Part shown: positions 1 through 10,200 of the stretch, one piece after another
Numbering within the stretch: the first letter of the stretch is position 1
How the letters are laid out: each line of letters opens with the position of its first letter
Source: an uncultured Eubacteriales bacterium
GTDB taxonomy: Bacteria; Bacillota; Clostridia; Oscillospirales; CAG-382
Assembly (NCBI GenBank): GCA_934446675.1
Contig: CAKSEL010000007.1
Location: 445 to 64,444, forward strand
Length of the DNA stretch: 64,000 nt
Direction: 5' to 3'
The notes under the pieces: model-generated
What the model saw: the letters and a program-made list of their open reading frames with translations, nothing else
Databases searched by the model: none
What the model was told of the DNA's origin: nothing
Program-made: the position numbers and the translations under genes

Positions 1-1
1 A

Positions 2-484
2 GCTGTGGATTGGGCAGTGGAGAACGGCATTACGCAGGGAACTGATGATACCCACTTCTCCCCGGACGGCATCTGCACCCGCGCACAGGCCGTGACCTTC
101 CTGTGGCGTACCGCTGGCAGTCCCGAACCAGAAACCCGTACCATGCCATTTACCGACGTTCCCGTGGGCAGCTACTACTATGACGCTGTGCTGTGGGCGG
201 TAGAAAACGGCATCACCAATGGCACCAGCGACACCACGTTCAGCCCCAACATGACCTGCTCCCGCGCCCAGATTGTTGCGTTCCTCTGGCGTTCTGAGAA
301 GTCCCCGGCAGCGGGTACAGCCAATCCCTTTGCCGATGTGAAGTCCACCGTCTACTATGCCGACGCAGTACTGTGGGCGGTCAAGGAGGACATCACCAAG
401 GGAACCACCAACATCACTTTCAGTCCCGATGCGGATTGCACCAGAGCGCAGATTGTGACCTTCCTCTGGCGCTGCAAGAAGTGA
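2..484 (+). CDS. SLH (S-layer homology) domain protein, C-terminal part; the 5' end lies outside the window
   Basis: The frame is open from the window edge. It has three tandem ~55-aa repeats (WAVENGIT.GT...FSP...CTRAQ.VTFLWR), the classic SLH signature. A hairpin terminator follows. Confidence 0.8.
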   Translation, partial: AVDWAVENGITQGTDDTHFSPDGICTRAQAVTFLWRTAGSPEPETRTMPFTDVPVGSYYYDAVLWAVENGITNGTSDTTFSPNMTCSRAQIVAFLWRSEKSPAAGTANPFADVKSTVYYADAVLWAVKEDITKGTTNITFSPDADCTRAQIVTFLWRCKK

Positions 485-543
485 ACGGCTGACATACGGC
501 TAAACATCAAAGCCGCTGGCATGACCCCATAAGCGAACATCGG

Positions 544-592
544 ACAGCGCAGCGGACGGGCATCTCGCCCCGAAGCTGCGCTGTTCTCTTTT
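544..592 (+). terminator. Rho-independent terminator
   Basis: Perfect 10-bp stem ACAGCGCAGC (544-553) / GCTGCGCTGT (575-584), followed by TCTCTTTT. Confidence 0.6.
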
Positions 593-661
593 CGCTACAA
601 GAAACAAATCAATGACATTTTGAGCTGCGCCGCTATCCCAGCGCGGCAAGGAGACAGCATT

Positions 662-976
662 ATGAAAAGAATCACAAGAATCATTCGTCCGATCATCTGC
701 ATGGCCGTCCTTCTCTTTGCCATGACCACGGCAGTCATGGGCTGCTATCAGAAAGAGGCGGAGCCTATCGACATTCCCGGCAGAACGCCTTCCGGCACAT
801 CTGCAGCTCAGCCATCAGCGACTCCCGCAGGCGAAGTTATCCCCTCGGTGGACAGACAGGCAGAGTTGGCAGAAGCCAGAGCGAAGAATCCCGACACCGT
901 GGCGTCGCTGTATATTCCCGGTGCGGAGGTAGACGATCCCGTGATGCAGGCGGAGGGCAACGGCTACAGACCATAA
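662..976 (+). pseudogene. Class B sortase-like gene, N-terminal fragment only
   Basis: ATG at 662 gives MKRITRIIRPIICMAVLLFAMTTAVMGC (signal/anchor). The segment KNPDTVASLYIPGAEVDDPVMQAEGNGY matches the conserved sortase-B N-terminal block (NPD.VGW..IPGT.IDYPVVQ..DN.YY). The ORF then stops after 104 aa, before any catalytic domain. Confidence 0.5.
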
Positions 977-1007
977 GGCGGATCCCGTTCAGGCCGTCAA
1001 GGCGCTG

Positions 1008-2201
1008 GTGGAGTCTGCCGACTTTACGAACACGGAATGGAACGAAGCTGCAATCAAGGCTAAGTCTACTGAAGTGCTGGCTGAAAAGGCCGACGCAAAG
1101 GTCATCTCTGTCAGCGTTTCCGACAGCACTACCAAGATCACGCTGCGTTACGGCTACTCCGAAGCCACTGCAACGATCTATACCCCGAGCGATGCTGCGG
1201 CGCAGTGGACCGCCCACATTGAGTCTACAAAGCTCGGCTCCACCACGGTTCCCGGCTCTGACATGAAGTGCAGCGAGACCCCGGACATTCAGAAGGCAAT
1301 GGCTGATGGCTATTCCGCCATCTGGGCTGCGAAGACCGAAGTTGATGCAACCAAGGCGCTGGAAGATTCCAAGGCTGCATTGCTGAAAGTTGTGCAGGAC
1401 TATGTCAAGTTCCTTGCCGACACTGTCTACAACAAGGGTGAGGCAACCGTCATCGGTGATAAGTCCTACACCGTCAGTGAAACCGACTATAACACGGCTG
1501 TTACCACAATCACCGGCGCAGAAAATGTTGCCAAAGTGCTGAACGCTTATAACACCATGCTGTCTGCGCAGACCAGCAAGCAGCACCCCTATCTGACCAA
1601 GACCGAAGCCAAGGCTGCGACTTACACAGAGACCGGCAATAATGAATACTACACCTGCTCTGTTTGCCAGAAGGTCTTTAAGGATGCGGCTAGTACACAG
1701 GAAACCACTGTTGAAGCGGAGATGATTGCAAAGCTGCCCCGTCCGTCCTCCGGCGGCTCCAGCAGCCGTGGGGATCGTGATCCCAGCTATGCAGTGACCG
1801 CACCCAGCACCAAGAACGGCGATGTGACCGTCAGCCCCAAGAATGCGTCCAAGGGCGACCGCGTGACCATCACCGTGACCCCCGATAAGGGCTACGAGTT
1901 GGACAAACTCACCGTCAAGGACGCCAGCGGCAATAAGCTCAAACTCACCGTCAAGGGCAACGGCAAGTATACCTTCACTATGCCCGGCAGCAAGGTCACC
2001 GTTTCCGCTGAGTTTGTCGAGGAGCAGGCGGCTTCCGTTTTTGCGGACGTTCCCGCCGACGCTTATTATGCCAAGGCTGTGGAATGGGCTGTAAAGAAGG
2101 GCATCACCAACGGCAAGGCCAACGGCCTGTTCGGTTCCAACGATCCCTGCACCCGTGGCCAGATCGTTACCTTCCTGTATCGCGCCTATCAGGGCAAATA
2201 A
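1008..2201 (+). CDS. SLH-domain cell-surface protein with an Ig-like/B-repeat module, apparently 5'-truncated (no signal peptide)
   Basis: C-terminal SLH motif FADVPADAYYAKAVEWAVKKGITNG...CTRGQIVTFLYR. Preceding beta-sandwich repeat GDVTVSPKNASKGDRVTITVTPDKGYELDKLTV. The frame opens at 945 with no ATG, the first possible start is GTG 1008, and there is no leader peptide. Confidence 0.6.
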   Translation: MESADFTNTEWNEAAIKAKSTEVLAEKADAKVISVSVSDSTTKITLRYGYSEATATIYTPSDAAAQWTAHIESTKLGSTTVPGSDMKCSETPDIQKAMADGYSAIWAAKTEVDATKALEDSKAALLKVVQDYVKFLADTVYNKGEATVIGDKSYTVSETDYNTAVTTITGAENVAKVLNAYNTMLSAQTSKQHPYLTKTEAKAATYTETGNNEYYTCSVCQKVFKDAASTQETTVEAEMIAKLPRPSSGGSSSRGDRDPSYAVTAPSTKNGDVTVSPKNASKGDRVTITVTPDKGYELDKLTVKDASGNKLKLTVKGNGKYTFTMPGSKVTVSAEFVEEQAASVFADVPADAYYAKAVEWAVKKGITNGKANGLFGSNDPCTRGQIVTFLYRAYQGK

Positions 2202-2228
2202 GGGGCATCAGCCTATATAATGCAAAGC

Positions 2229-2257
2229 GAGGCCACCGGAAATTATCCGGTGGCCTC
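2229..2257. terminator. Hairpin between convergent genes (possible bidirectional terminator)
   Basis: 12-bp perfect stem GAGGCCACCGGA / TCCGGTGGCCTC with a 5-nt loop. The flanking T-runs are weak on both strands. Confidence 0.4.
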
Positions 2258-2338
2258 GTGCTCTGCTCATGAACGGTATTTGGTTGATGCCCCTCTGCGG
2301 GGGTGCCTTATGCGTTCCGGGCTTTTTCTTATATTCCG

Positions 2339-3106
2339 TTAAGCGCCGCACCGCGGACTTTTGCCGTAAACTCTCTTGTATGTTCTGCAAAAATAGCTCA
2401 CATCGTTAAATCCGCAGCTTTGCGCGACCGCCGAAAGCTTTATGCTCGGATCGTACAGCATTATGCGCGAATGTTCAAGACGTATTTCGGTAAGCCTTTC
2501 AAATACGGTCTTTCCGAACGCCGCGTAAAAGTCGCGGCACAGCTTTGACTTTGAATACGGATAAAACTCAAGTATATCCGAAAGAGTTACGGGAAGAAAA
2601 TAGTTTGCCTCAAGATATTCTTTGACTTTGTATATATCGCTGCGTTCCGTCTGCAAAGCGGCTCTGAAAAACACCGAGGCGATCTCATACGTTTTTGCGC
2701 AGAGCATGGCGCTGTCGGCTGTGCTTCCGAATTCGCCGTAAAATCCGTCGATAAGCGCAAGAAAAGCGCGGCTGTCCTTTCCTTTATACACGCCGCTGCC
2801 GCCTGCGCCGAAATATCTGTACAGCTTTTCGGCATAATCTCCGTTAAAGCCGAGAAAAGCCGTTGTAAAGCTGTCGTTTCCGTAATATGAGTGCGGCACA
2901 TCTTTTCGTACAAAAAACATATCGCCCATTTCAAGCTCATATTCTTTTCCTCCGGCTTCAAAAACGCCCTCTCCGCCGCGTACCGCAAAAATCTGGTCAA
3001 ACACAAGCCCGTCCGGACGGACTACCTTTTCCTGCAAGTGGCGGTTTCCTATACTTATCGGGTAAAGAGGAAACATATCCTTATGTTCAAACACGCAGGT
3101 TTTCAT
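2339..3106 (-). CDS. AraC family transcriptional regulator (cupin sensor domain plus C-terminal HTH)
   Basis: 255 aa. N-terminal cupin-like region (GGEGVFEAGGKEYELEMGDMFFV) and C-terminal AraC HTH (SAVAQSCGFNDVSYFCRTYKRVYGKSP). Divergent from the GH2 gene. Confidence 0.9.
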   Translation of the reverse strand: MKTCVFEHKDMFPLYPISIGNRHLQEKVVRPDGLVFDQIFAVRGGEGVFEAGGKEYELEMGDMFFVRKDVPHSYYGNDSFTTAFLGFNGDYAEKLYRYFGAGGSGVYKGKDSRAFLALIDGFYGEFGSTADSAMLCAKTYEIASVFFRAALQTERSDIYKVKEYLEANYFLPVTLSDILEFYPYSKSKLCRDFYAAFGKTVFERLTEIRLEHSRIMLYDPSIKLSAVAQSCGFNDVSYFCRTYKRVYGKSPRCGA

Positions 3107-3241
3107 GATGTTCTTATCTCCGTTTGTGGAATATAGTTATATGATTTGAAAAATAATTATATTTACTTTCAAAATTACGTGCTATATAATTATATTACAT
3201 TAAACTGTTTCCAAAGTCAAGCAGAAAAGGAGAACCGAGAA

Positions 3242-5602
3242 ATGAAAAAAGTATGTATTTCAAAAAACTGGCTGTTTTGCTCCCCCGACTTTAACGGCAC
3301 GTCAACCGTCGATCTGCCGCACGATTACTCCATAAAGCTTCCGCGCGACAAAAACGCGCCTGATCACGGTTCCAACGGTTTCTTCACCGGAACAAGCGGA
3401 GAATATACAAAATATATGACGTTTGACGACAGCGCGCATACAATTCTCGATATAGACGGCGCATATATGTGCGCGAGAATCAGCTTTAACGACAATCAGA
3501 CGGATATGCACCCCAACGGATATATGCCGTACCTCGTGGATATTTCCGACAGAGTACGCCCCGGAAGAAACAACAAGATCTCGATACACGTTACAAACGT
3601 TCAGCCCTCAACGCGCTGGTATTCGGGTTCGGGCGTTTACAGAGATGTGTTTATATGGACGGGCGGAAAAATAAGAATAGAGCCGTGGGATCTCTACGTC
3701 ACAACCGAAAGCATATCCGAAAAAAGTGCAAGAGTCGCGGTGCGCACCTGTATAAGCGCTGATTACGGCGCAAATATAAAGCTCGAATTTGACTTTGCCG
3801 ACAAAAACGGAAATACCGTTCTTTCAAAAACTCAGAATGTTGACGTTGCCGCAGGCAAAAATGATTTTGTGTTTGACTTTGACATCGGAAATCCCATGCT
3901 TTGGGACTGCGATAATCCAAACCTCTACACTCTCGGCGTAAAAATTTTTTCGTCTGACGTATGCGAGGACGAATTTACCTCTCGTTTCGGAATAAGAACG
4001 GTACAGACCGACGCCGAAAACGGTCTGCGCCTTAACGGAAAGTCCGTAAAGCTTCACGGCGGCTGCATACATCACGACCATGCCCTGCTCGGCAGCGCAG
4101 AATATCCGGCAGCCGTCAGAAGAAAGCTTGAAAAGCTGAAATCCGTCGGATTTGACTCGGTTCGCACGGCACACTGTCCTCCGTCGCTTACATTTCTCGA
4201 GCTTTGCGACGAAATGGGCATAATCGTAATGGACGAGGCGTTCGACGTGTGGAACAAGCCAAAAAAAATCATGGATTACAGCCTTTGGTTTGCCGATTGG
4301 TGGGAAAGGGATATAAGCTATATGGTAAAGCGCGACAGAAGCCACCCATGTGTATTCTCTTACTCTGCCGGAAACGAAATAATCGAATGCAACGGAAGTT
4401 CCGACGGTTACGTATGGGCGAAAAAGCTGGCTGACGAAATAAGAAAATACGATACGACGCGCCCCGTCACAAGCGCTGTATGCTGTATCCGCGACGAGCC
4501 GAATCCATATGCGCCCGACGATTATAAGCAGGATTACAAAAAGCTTGTAATGCTCGATTATCCGGATACAAACAGCTCATGGGACGAAAGAACCGAAAAA
4601 TACATGGATCCGTTGGACATTGTCGGGTACAATTATATGTTTGAAAGATATGCCAAAGATCGCGAAAAATATAAAGACCGTGTTATATGGGGTTCCGAAA
4701 CGCACGCGCTTTATTTCTATGATTCATGGAAAGCCGTAACGGAAAATCCTAACGTAATAGGCGACTTTACATGGACGGCATACGACAATCTCGGAGAAGC
4801 AGGAACAGGAAGATTCGGCTGGGGCGGCGACGGCGTTTATATCCGCGGAATTTCCATTGCGGACTATCCGTGGAGAGCCTGCTATCAGGGAGATTTTGAC
4901 CTTTGCGGAAACCGCAGACCGCAGTCTTATTTCAGAGAGGCAATCTGGAAGGACATGACAGCGCCGCACATTTTCACAACTCACCCAAAGCGCAACGGCG
5001 ACTGTTTTTCGGGTACGGTCTGGCACTGGTACGACGTTCACGAAACATGGACGTTTGACGAAGAATACATAGGACAGCCCGTAAAAACCGACGTATACAC
5101 AACAGCAGACGAAGTTGTATTCTATCTCGGCGAAAAGGAAGTCGCAAGAGCCGTTCCCGAAAAAGCCATAGCCACGGCATATATTCCGTATCAGCCCGTA
5201 AAACTGACTGCCGCCGCATACAGAAACGGCAAAGAGGAATGCAAATTTTCGCTTTGTCCCGTAAACAAGGCGCACGGGCTGACAATAACTCCCGACAAGG
5301 ATAGTATCAGAGCCGACAACCGCGATCTGTGCTACTTTGACATAAGCGTGACCGACAGAGACGGAAATCCCGTGACGGACGGAGAGCACGAGATCAGCGT
5401 TACGGTTTACGGTGCGGAACTCATAGGCGTGTACGGCGCAAATCCCTGCAACGAAGATATGTACGGAACGAACAAATGCCACACCTTTGAAGGAAAAGCG
5501 CTGGCGGTGGTAAAGGCGGCGTCGCCCGACTATGTAAGAGTTTTTGTAAGCTCGTGCGGACTTAACGGCGCGGTTGCTTTCATTCCCGCGATACAGCCTT
5601 AA
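3242..5602 (+). CDS. Glycoside hydrolase family 2 (beta-galactosidase/beta-glucuronidase-like)
   Basis: Start chosen at MKKVCISKNW, with AAGGAG ~9 nt upstream. GH2 blocks are VRTAHCPPS, MDEAFDVW and RDRSHPCVFSYSAGNEI. No signal peptide. Confidence 0.85.
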   Translation: MKKVCISKNWLFCSPDFNGTSTVDLPHDYSIKLPRDKNAPDHGSNGFFTGTSGEYTKYMTFDDSAHTILDIDGAYMCARISFNDNQTDMHPNGYMPYLVDISDRVRPGRNNKISIHVTNVQPSTRWYSGSGVYRDVFIWTGGKIRIEPWDLYVTTESISEKSARVAVRTCISADYGANIKLEFDFADKNGNTVLSKTQNVDVAAGKNDFVFDFDIGNPMLWDCDNPNLYTLGVKIFSSDVCEDEFTSRFGIRTVQTDAENGLRLNGKSVKLHGGCIHHDHALLGSAEYPAAVRRKLEKLKSVGFDSVRTAHCPPSLTFLELCDEMGIIVMDEAFDVWNKPKKIMDYSLWFADWWERDISYMVKRDRSHPCVFSYSAGNEIIECNGSSDGYVWAKKLADEIRKYDTTRPVTSAVCCIRDEPNPYAPDDYKQDYKKLVMLDYPDTNSSWDERTEKYMDPLDIVGYNYMFERYAKDREKYKDRVIWGSETHALYFYDSWKAVTENPNVIGDFTWTAYDNLGEAGTGRFGWGGDGVYIRGISIADYPWRACYQGDFDLCGNRRPQSYFREAIWKDMTAPHIFTTHPKRNGDCFSGTVWHWYDVHETWTFDEEYIGQPVKTDVYTTADEVVFYLGEKEVARAVPEKAIATAYIPYQPVKLTAAAYRNGKEECKFSLCPVNKAHGLTITPDKDSIRADNRDLCYFDISVTDRDGNPVTDGEHEISVTVYGAELIGVYGANPCNEDMYGTNKCHTFEGKALAVVKAASPDYVRVFVSSCGLNGAVAFIPAIQP

Positions 5603-5669
5603 ATCTGTAAACACAAATTTCCAACCCGGTCCGGTATGCTTTTGTGCCGTTCCGGGTAATTTTATATGC

Positions 5670-5699
5670 AAAAAAAGCCCTCCGTTTCAAGGAGAGCTT
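5670..5699 (-). terminator. Rho-independent terminator of galE
   Basis: Minus strand reads AAGCTCTCC-ttgaaac-GGAGGGCTT followed by TTTTTTT. Confidence 0.6.
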
Positions 5700-5721
5700 T
5701 GATCTGCAATTCGTTTTTTAA

Positions 5722-6738
5722 TCAGTCGCCGTAGCCTGTGGGATTGTTCTTCTGCCAGTTCCAGGAATCGCGGCACATATCTTCAAGGTTCTTCTTTGCA
5801 GTCCAGCCGAGAATTTCTTTTGCCTTTGCGGGATCTGCATAGCACTCGTCAATATCTCCAGCGCGTCTGGGAGCTATAACATACGGAATCTTTACTCCGT
5901 TTACCTTTTCAAACGCCTTTACCATGTCAAGAACGCTGTAACCTATACCGGTTCCGAGGTTGATTATATCCGTACCCTTGAACTTTGTCGCATATTCGAG
6001 TGCGTCAACATGACCTGCTGCAAGGTCTACTACGTGAATGTAGTCGCGCACACCCGTGCCGTCGTGCGTCTTGTAATCGTTTCCGTAAACGGACAGCTGC
6101 TTTAACTTTCCTACGGCAACCTGCGAGATATACGGCATAAGGTTGTTGGGTATGCCCTGGGGATCTTCGCCCATAAGTCCGCTTTCATGCGCACCGATAG
6201 GATTGAAGTAACGCAGAAGCACGCAGGTAAGCTCTTTGTCGGCGGTCGCTGCGTCGGTGAGTATCTGCTCGATCATATACTTTGTCCAGCCGTAAGGATT
6301 TGTGCAGCCGGTCTTTTTCATTGTTTCGACAAGCGGCACTTTTTCGGGCACACCGTAAACGGTAGCTGACGAGCTGAACACTATCTTCTTTACGTCATGT
6401 CTTCTCATGCTTTCAAGCAGCGAGAGTGTGCTGTCGATGTTGTTTCTGTAATATTCGATAGGCTTTGCGCAGGATTCGCCTACTGCCTTGAGTCCGGCAA
6501 AGTGAACGACCGCGTCTATCTTCTGCTCGGAAAATATCCTGTCAAGTGCAGACGCGTCGCATACGTCTGCCTGATAAAACACCGGGCGCTTGCCTGTTAT
6601 TTTTTCAATGCGGTTAAGAACCTCCGGCTTTGAATTGACAAAGTTGTCGGCGATTACGACGTCGTAATTTCTGGAGAGCAGCTCAACTGCCGTGTGGCTT
6701 CCGATATAACCTGTTCCGCCTGTAAGAAGAACTTTCAT
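5722..6738 (-). CDS. galE: UDP-glucose 4-epimerase
   Basis: 338 aa. N-terminal Rossmann motif MKVLLTGGTGYIGSH, full-length similarity to GalE (YG.TK active-site region, VRDYIHVVDLA). Confidence 0.95.
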   Translation of the reverse strand: MKVLLTGGTGYIGSHTAVELLSRNYDVVIADNFVNSKPEVLNRIEKITGKRPVFYQADVCDASALDRIFSEQKIDAVVHFAGLKAVGESCAKPIEYYRNNIDSTLSLLESMRRHDVKKIVFSSSATVYGVPEKVPLVETMKKTGCTNPYGWTKYMIEQILTDAATADKELTCVLLRYFNPIGAHESGLMGEDPQGIPNNLMPYISQVAVGKLKQLSVYGNDYKTHDGTGVRDYIHVVDLAAGHVDALEYATKFKGTDIINLGTGIGYSVLDMVKAFEKVNGVKIPYVIAPRRAGDIDECYADPAKAKEILGWTAKKNLEDMCRDSWNWQKNNPTGYGD

Positions 6739-6916
6739 TTCAATATACCTCCGGATAAAGTTTCTTTTTTTCTTTTATTTTATCCCATATTTTCCGAGTT
6801 GTCAACACCAAAATCATGTCATTTTGTTACTCTTTTTTCAAAAATTGCCTCATATGTGAATACATAAAAAAATGACGGTTAATAATAACACATAAATAAG
6901 GGTGCGGAGGTAAAAA

Positions 6917-7225
6917 ATGATAAAAGGCTGTACAAAAAGAGTGATAGTTGTAAAGGACGTAAGGAGCGATATATTTGAAGAGGCGTATTTTATTCTTCGT
7001 CCGTCGCAGCAAAGCAATGCCCCGGAGAAAAGCCGTAACGACATTCTCACCGAGGCAAACAGAATAGTATCAACTTGTGAGTGCGACGCGCCGAGAGGCA
7101 CGGTCGGAATATCCTGCAAAAAACAACAGAAATTCAAAATACGCGACTTTTTGTTTTTCACCTGCGGATTTGCTTTCGCAGCTGCGTGCTATGCGGCGGT
7201 ATGCGCGCTGGGTCTTGCACTTTGA
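6917..7225 (+). CDS. Small hypothetical protein with a C-terminal transmembrane helix
   Basis: 102 aa with GGAGG 6 nt upstream of the ATG. The N-terminal block KRVIVVKDVRSDIFEEAYFIL resembles a small conserved clostridial protein of unknown function. Hydrophobic C-terminus FLFFTCGFAFAAACYAAVCALGLAL. Confidence 0.5.
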   Translation: MIKGCTKRVIVVKDVRSDIFEEAYFILRPSQQSNAPEKSRNDILTEANRIVSTCECDAPRGTVGISCKKQQKFKIRDFLFFTCGFAFAAACYAAVCALGLAL

Positions 7226-7259
7226 AACAAATGTGTTTTTTTACACGGACGGCGAAACT

Positions 7260-10200
7260 TTACTTTGTCGTCTTTTGTTTTTTTGCCCTGCGTTTCTTCT
7301 TCAGGACTATCGCGATAACTGCCGCGATTATACCGAGAATACCGCCGCAGAGAACATATATAAGCGTTACCGACTTTGCGTCGCGCCAGCCGTATATTAT
7401 GCAGAAAGTTTCGGTCTTTCCCGACATTTCGGTAATGATATAACTTCCGCGGTTTTCGGATTTAAGGCGTTTCCACTTGCCGTCGTCAAGTTTCCAGACA
7501 GCGGCTTTCTTTTTGTCGGGATTGAGAATTCGCACCTGTGTTATATCGTTTTCGCCGAGGTCTGTTCCGAAAAGCTCGGCGTCAAGCACGACCGCGGTCT
7601 GTTTTGCATGGAGAGAGGCGGCAGGGCTTGTGTTGCCGAATTTTACGTTTATATAGGCTTTATCGGTAAACTTGCCCTCTGCGATTATCATGGGCAGCGT
7701 ATATCCGTCGAGAATTCCGCTTTCAATGGTTTCGATATACGGCAGATACAGCGCGTTTACCGTGACGTCGGCTCTTATATTATTGCAGTCGGATATATTT
7801 TCCCAGGAGCCGTAAAATCCGTCGCGTTCGGGCACTTCGGGTATTCTTTCTGCTTCAAGCGACGAGCCGTAATCGGCATAAAGCACATACAGCGTTTCGG
7901 GTTCGTCCTCATCGCCGTCGGTAAAGGTAATTTTAAGCTTTGAAAGCGCTTCGGGAGCGCCCTCGATCGAGCTTACCGCGTCAAATCCGACAGCCGTCGC
8001 GCGTCCCGTATAGCTTACGCCGTCTATCGCGCCCACTCCGCTGTCAACGTATATATTGTCCTTTATCTTTTCAAGGTCGCCGAAACCGCCTGCCACTGCG
8101 CCTGCCGCCTCATCAGAGCTGACTCTGCATACCGAAACGCAGCCCGTAAGCGTTTCTGCGCGTCCGGCAATGCCGCCTGCGTACTTTTCCGCGCTTACCG
8201 CGCACTTTGCATAGCTCTTTCTTACAGACGACGAGCTGAAACCGGCAACTCCTCCGGCATATTTTCCGGCGGTGCTTTCAACGTCGCCGAAACCGTAGCA
8301 GACATACACCGTTCCGAGGTTCATCCAGCCGACAATACCGCCTATGCAGTCCTTTTTGCCGGTTATCCTGCCGAAGTTCTCACATTCCTGAAGTATGGAC
8401 TTTGTACGGTAGGTAAAATTGAGAGTATCGGGCTTTTCTATATCGTCCTCGGGGTCAGACGTATATTCCACAGCCATAGAACCGGCAATACCGCCGACAT
8501 TTCTGTCTGCGTCGATTTTGCCGTAGTTGCGCGACGATTTTACCTTTCCTTCGCGTGTAGCCTCTATGTTTTCCTCCGACGCGTCCTCAAGATAATCGTC
8601 TAAATTATTGTTTCTGAGTTCGTCAACGGCGTCTTTGAGCACGTTATTAATAGAAGAAAAGCGGTCGTATATCTTTCTGAGATCGGCGTCTATGGTATCG
8701 GCTTTTCCCGAAAGTTTGCCGTTAATCGAGTCTATTTCCTTGCCTATCGACTCCATGGCGTCGAAGATATTGTCGCTTGAGGTTCGCGTTTCCTCGCTTA
8801 TCTTTACAAATTTGAAGTCCTTTTCGGAAAGGTCGGAGATAATATCTCCCGTCTTGTCAACGGCGTCGGAAAGAATATCGCTTGTTTCGGAGAGCTTGTC
8901 AAAAGCTGCGGAAAGATCGTCGCAGGCAGCGTTTATCTGATCTGCGGTTTCGTTTGCAAAGTCCTTGTACAGCGTTCTTTCCTCGTCTATGGCATCGGAC
9001 AGCGTATCGACCGCCGAATTCATCTTCTTCATTGCAAATGACAGCGATTTTGACGCGCTCTGCAATCTGTCCGTAAAGCTCTCAAACGAGTCTATATCGA
9101 ATTCCACGTTCTGCGACACCGTAAGCATTGCGTTCATAATGCCGTTCAGTGCGTCGCTCATGTCCGAAACCGAGCCTGCTATGTTTTTAAGGTACTTTGA
9201 CAGGCTCTTGTAGATAAGCAGCACTTCGTCTATGTTTTCGGGAGGAAGTTCATCCATTACGCCCTGAATTTTGTCGAGCGAATTTCCGAGCTTTGTATTT
9301 GCCTGCACAAGAAGCGCGAACGAATCCGCCATATCCTTGAACGCCGACTTTACTTTGCTCTTGTTCTTGATTACAAATGCGTCCTCAAGGTCGCTCATTG
9401 CAAGGGAAAGCTTGTCGAAAGCCGAGCTTAACGCGTCAACCGAGACCTGCATTTCGTCAACTCCGTCGCACAGCTTGTCGTAAGCCGCGTCAGAATCGGG
9501 AAGATTTATATCTATGTTGTCCACGGCTTTTTTCAGAAGATCCATGGATTCGGACAGTCCGTCAAAACCGTCCCTTATCTCGTCGGTCACGGGTTCGAGT
9601 TTGTCGAGTGTGTCGGACAGCGTATTGAAAATATCGTTTACGACGTCGATATTCTCGTCGGCAAAGTCCGTAACTCCGTCGGCAAGGTTTTCGGCATTTT
9701 TGCGCGCCTCATCTGTAAGACCGTTAATGCTGTCAACACTCTGTGAAATGTCGTCCGACGTTTCGGAGGCATGGTCTGTAAGGGTGTTCATCTCGCTGTT
9801 AAGTCCGTCAAGCTCGCGCTTTAATTTATCGAGTGCGCTTTCCGAAATAGACAGCACAATAAACGGTTCGGCCTGCCCGACAATACCGCCTACGTCTTTT
9901 CTTCCGTATATTCTGCCGTAGTTTGAGCAGTTTTCGATATATCCCGACTGACGTCCGGCAATACCGCCGATATTGTAGCCTATATGCTGATAACCCACAA
10001 CGGCATTGTTTCGGCAGTTGTTTATAGTTCCGTCGGAAAATCCCGCGATACCGCCGGCGTCCGAATGACCTGCGACTATTGATTCTTCATTCTGCTCGCG
10101 CGAAATGCGGAATTTTTCCAGAGCCGCGCTGAAATCCGTATCCAGTCCGTCAAGAGAGGTTGATGTGCTTTTCTCATACGAGTTTACGTCGCCGTTGTTT

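Noticed and set aside
979-984. GGATCC (BamHI site) exactly at the junction of the two gene fragments, considered as a cloning artefact signature
   Set aside because: A single 6-mer is expected by chance many times in 64 kb. It is not evidence of vector or linker sequence.
837-1586. 249-aa minus-strand ORF
   Set aside because: It lies antisense to the SLH-protein gene in a GC-rich stretch, where long spurious ORFs are expected. The product is Arg/Gly/Cys-rich and low in complexity, with no RBS and no recognisable motif.
4724-5671. 315-aa minus-strand ORF
   Set aside because: It is antisense to the GH2 gene, whose product has clear family motifs. The antisense product has none.
7077-7943. 288-aa plus-strand ORF, and the other plus-strand ORFs between 7940 and 10644
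   Set aside because: All lie antisense to the well-supported 1189-aa GLUG gene. Their products are repetitive mirror images of the sense-strand repeats, and they have no RBSs.
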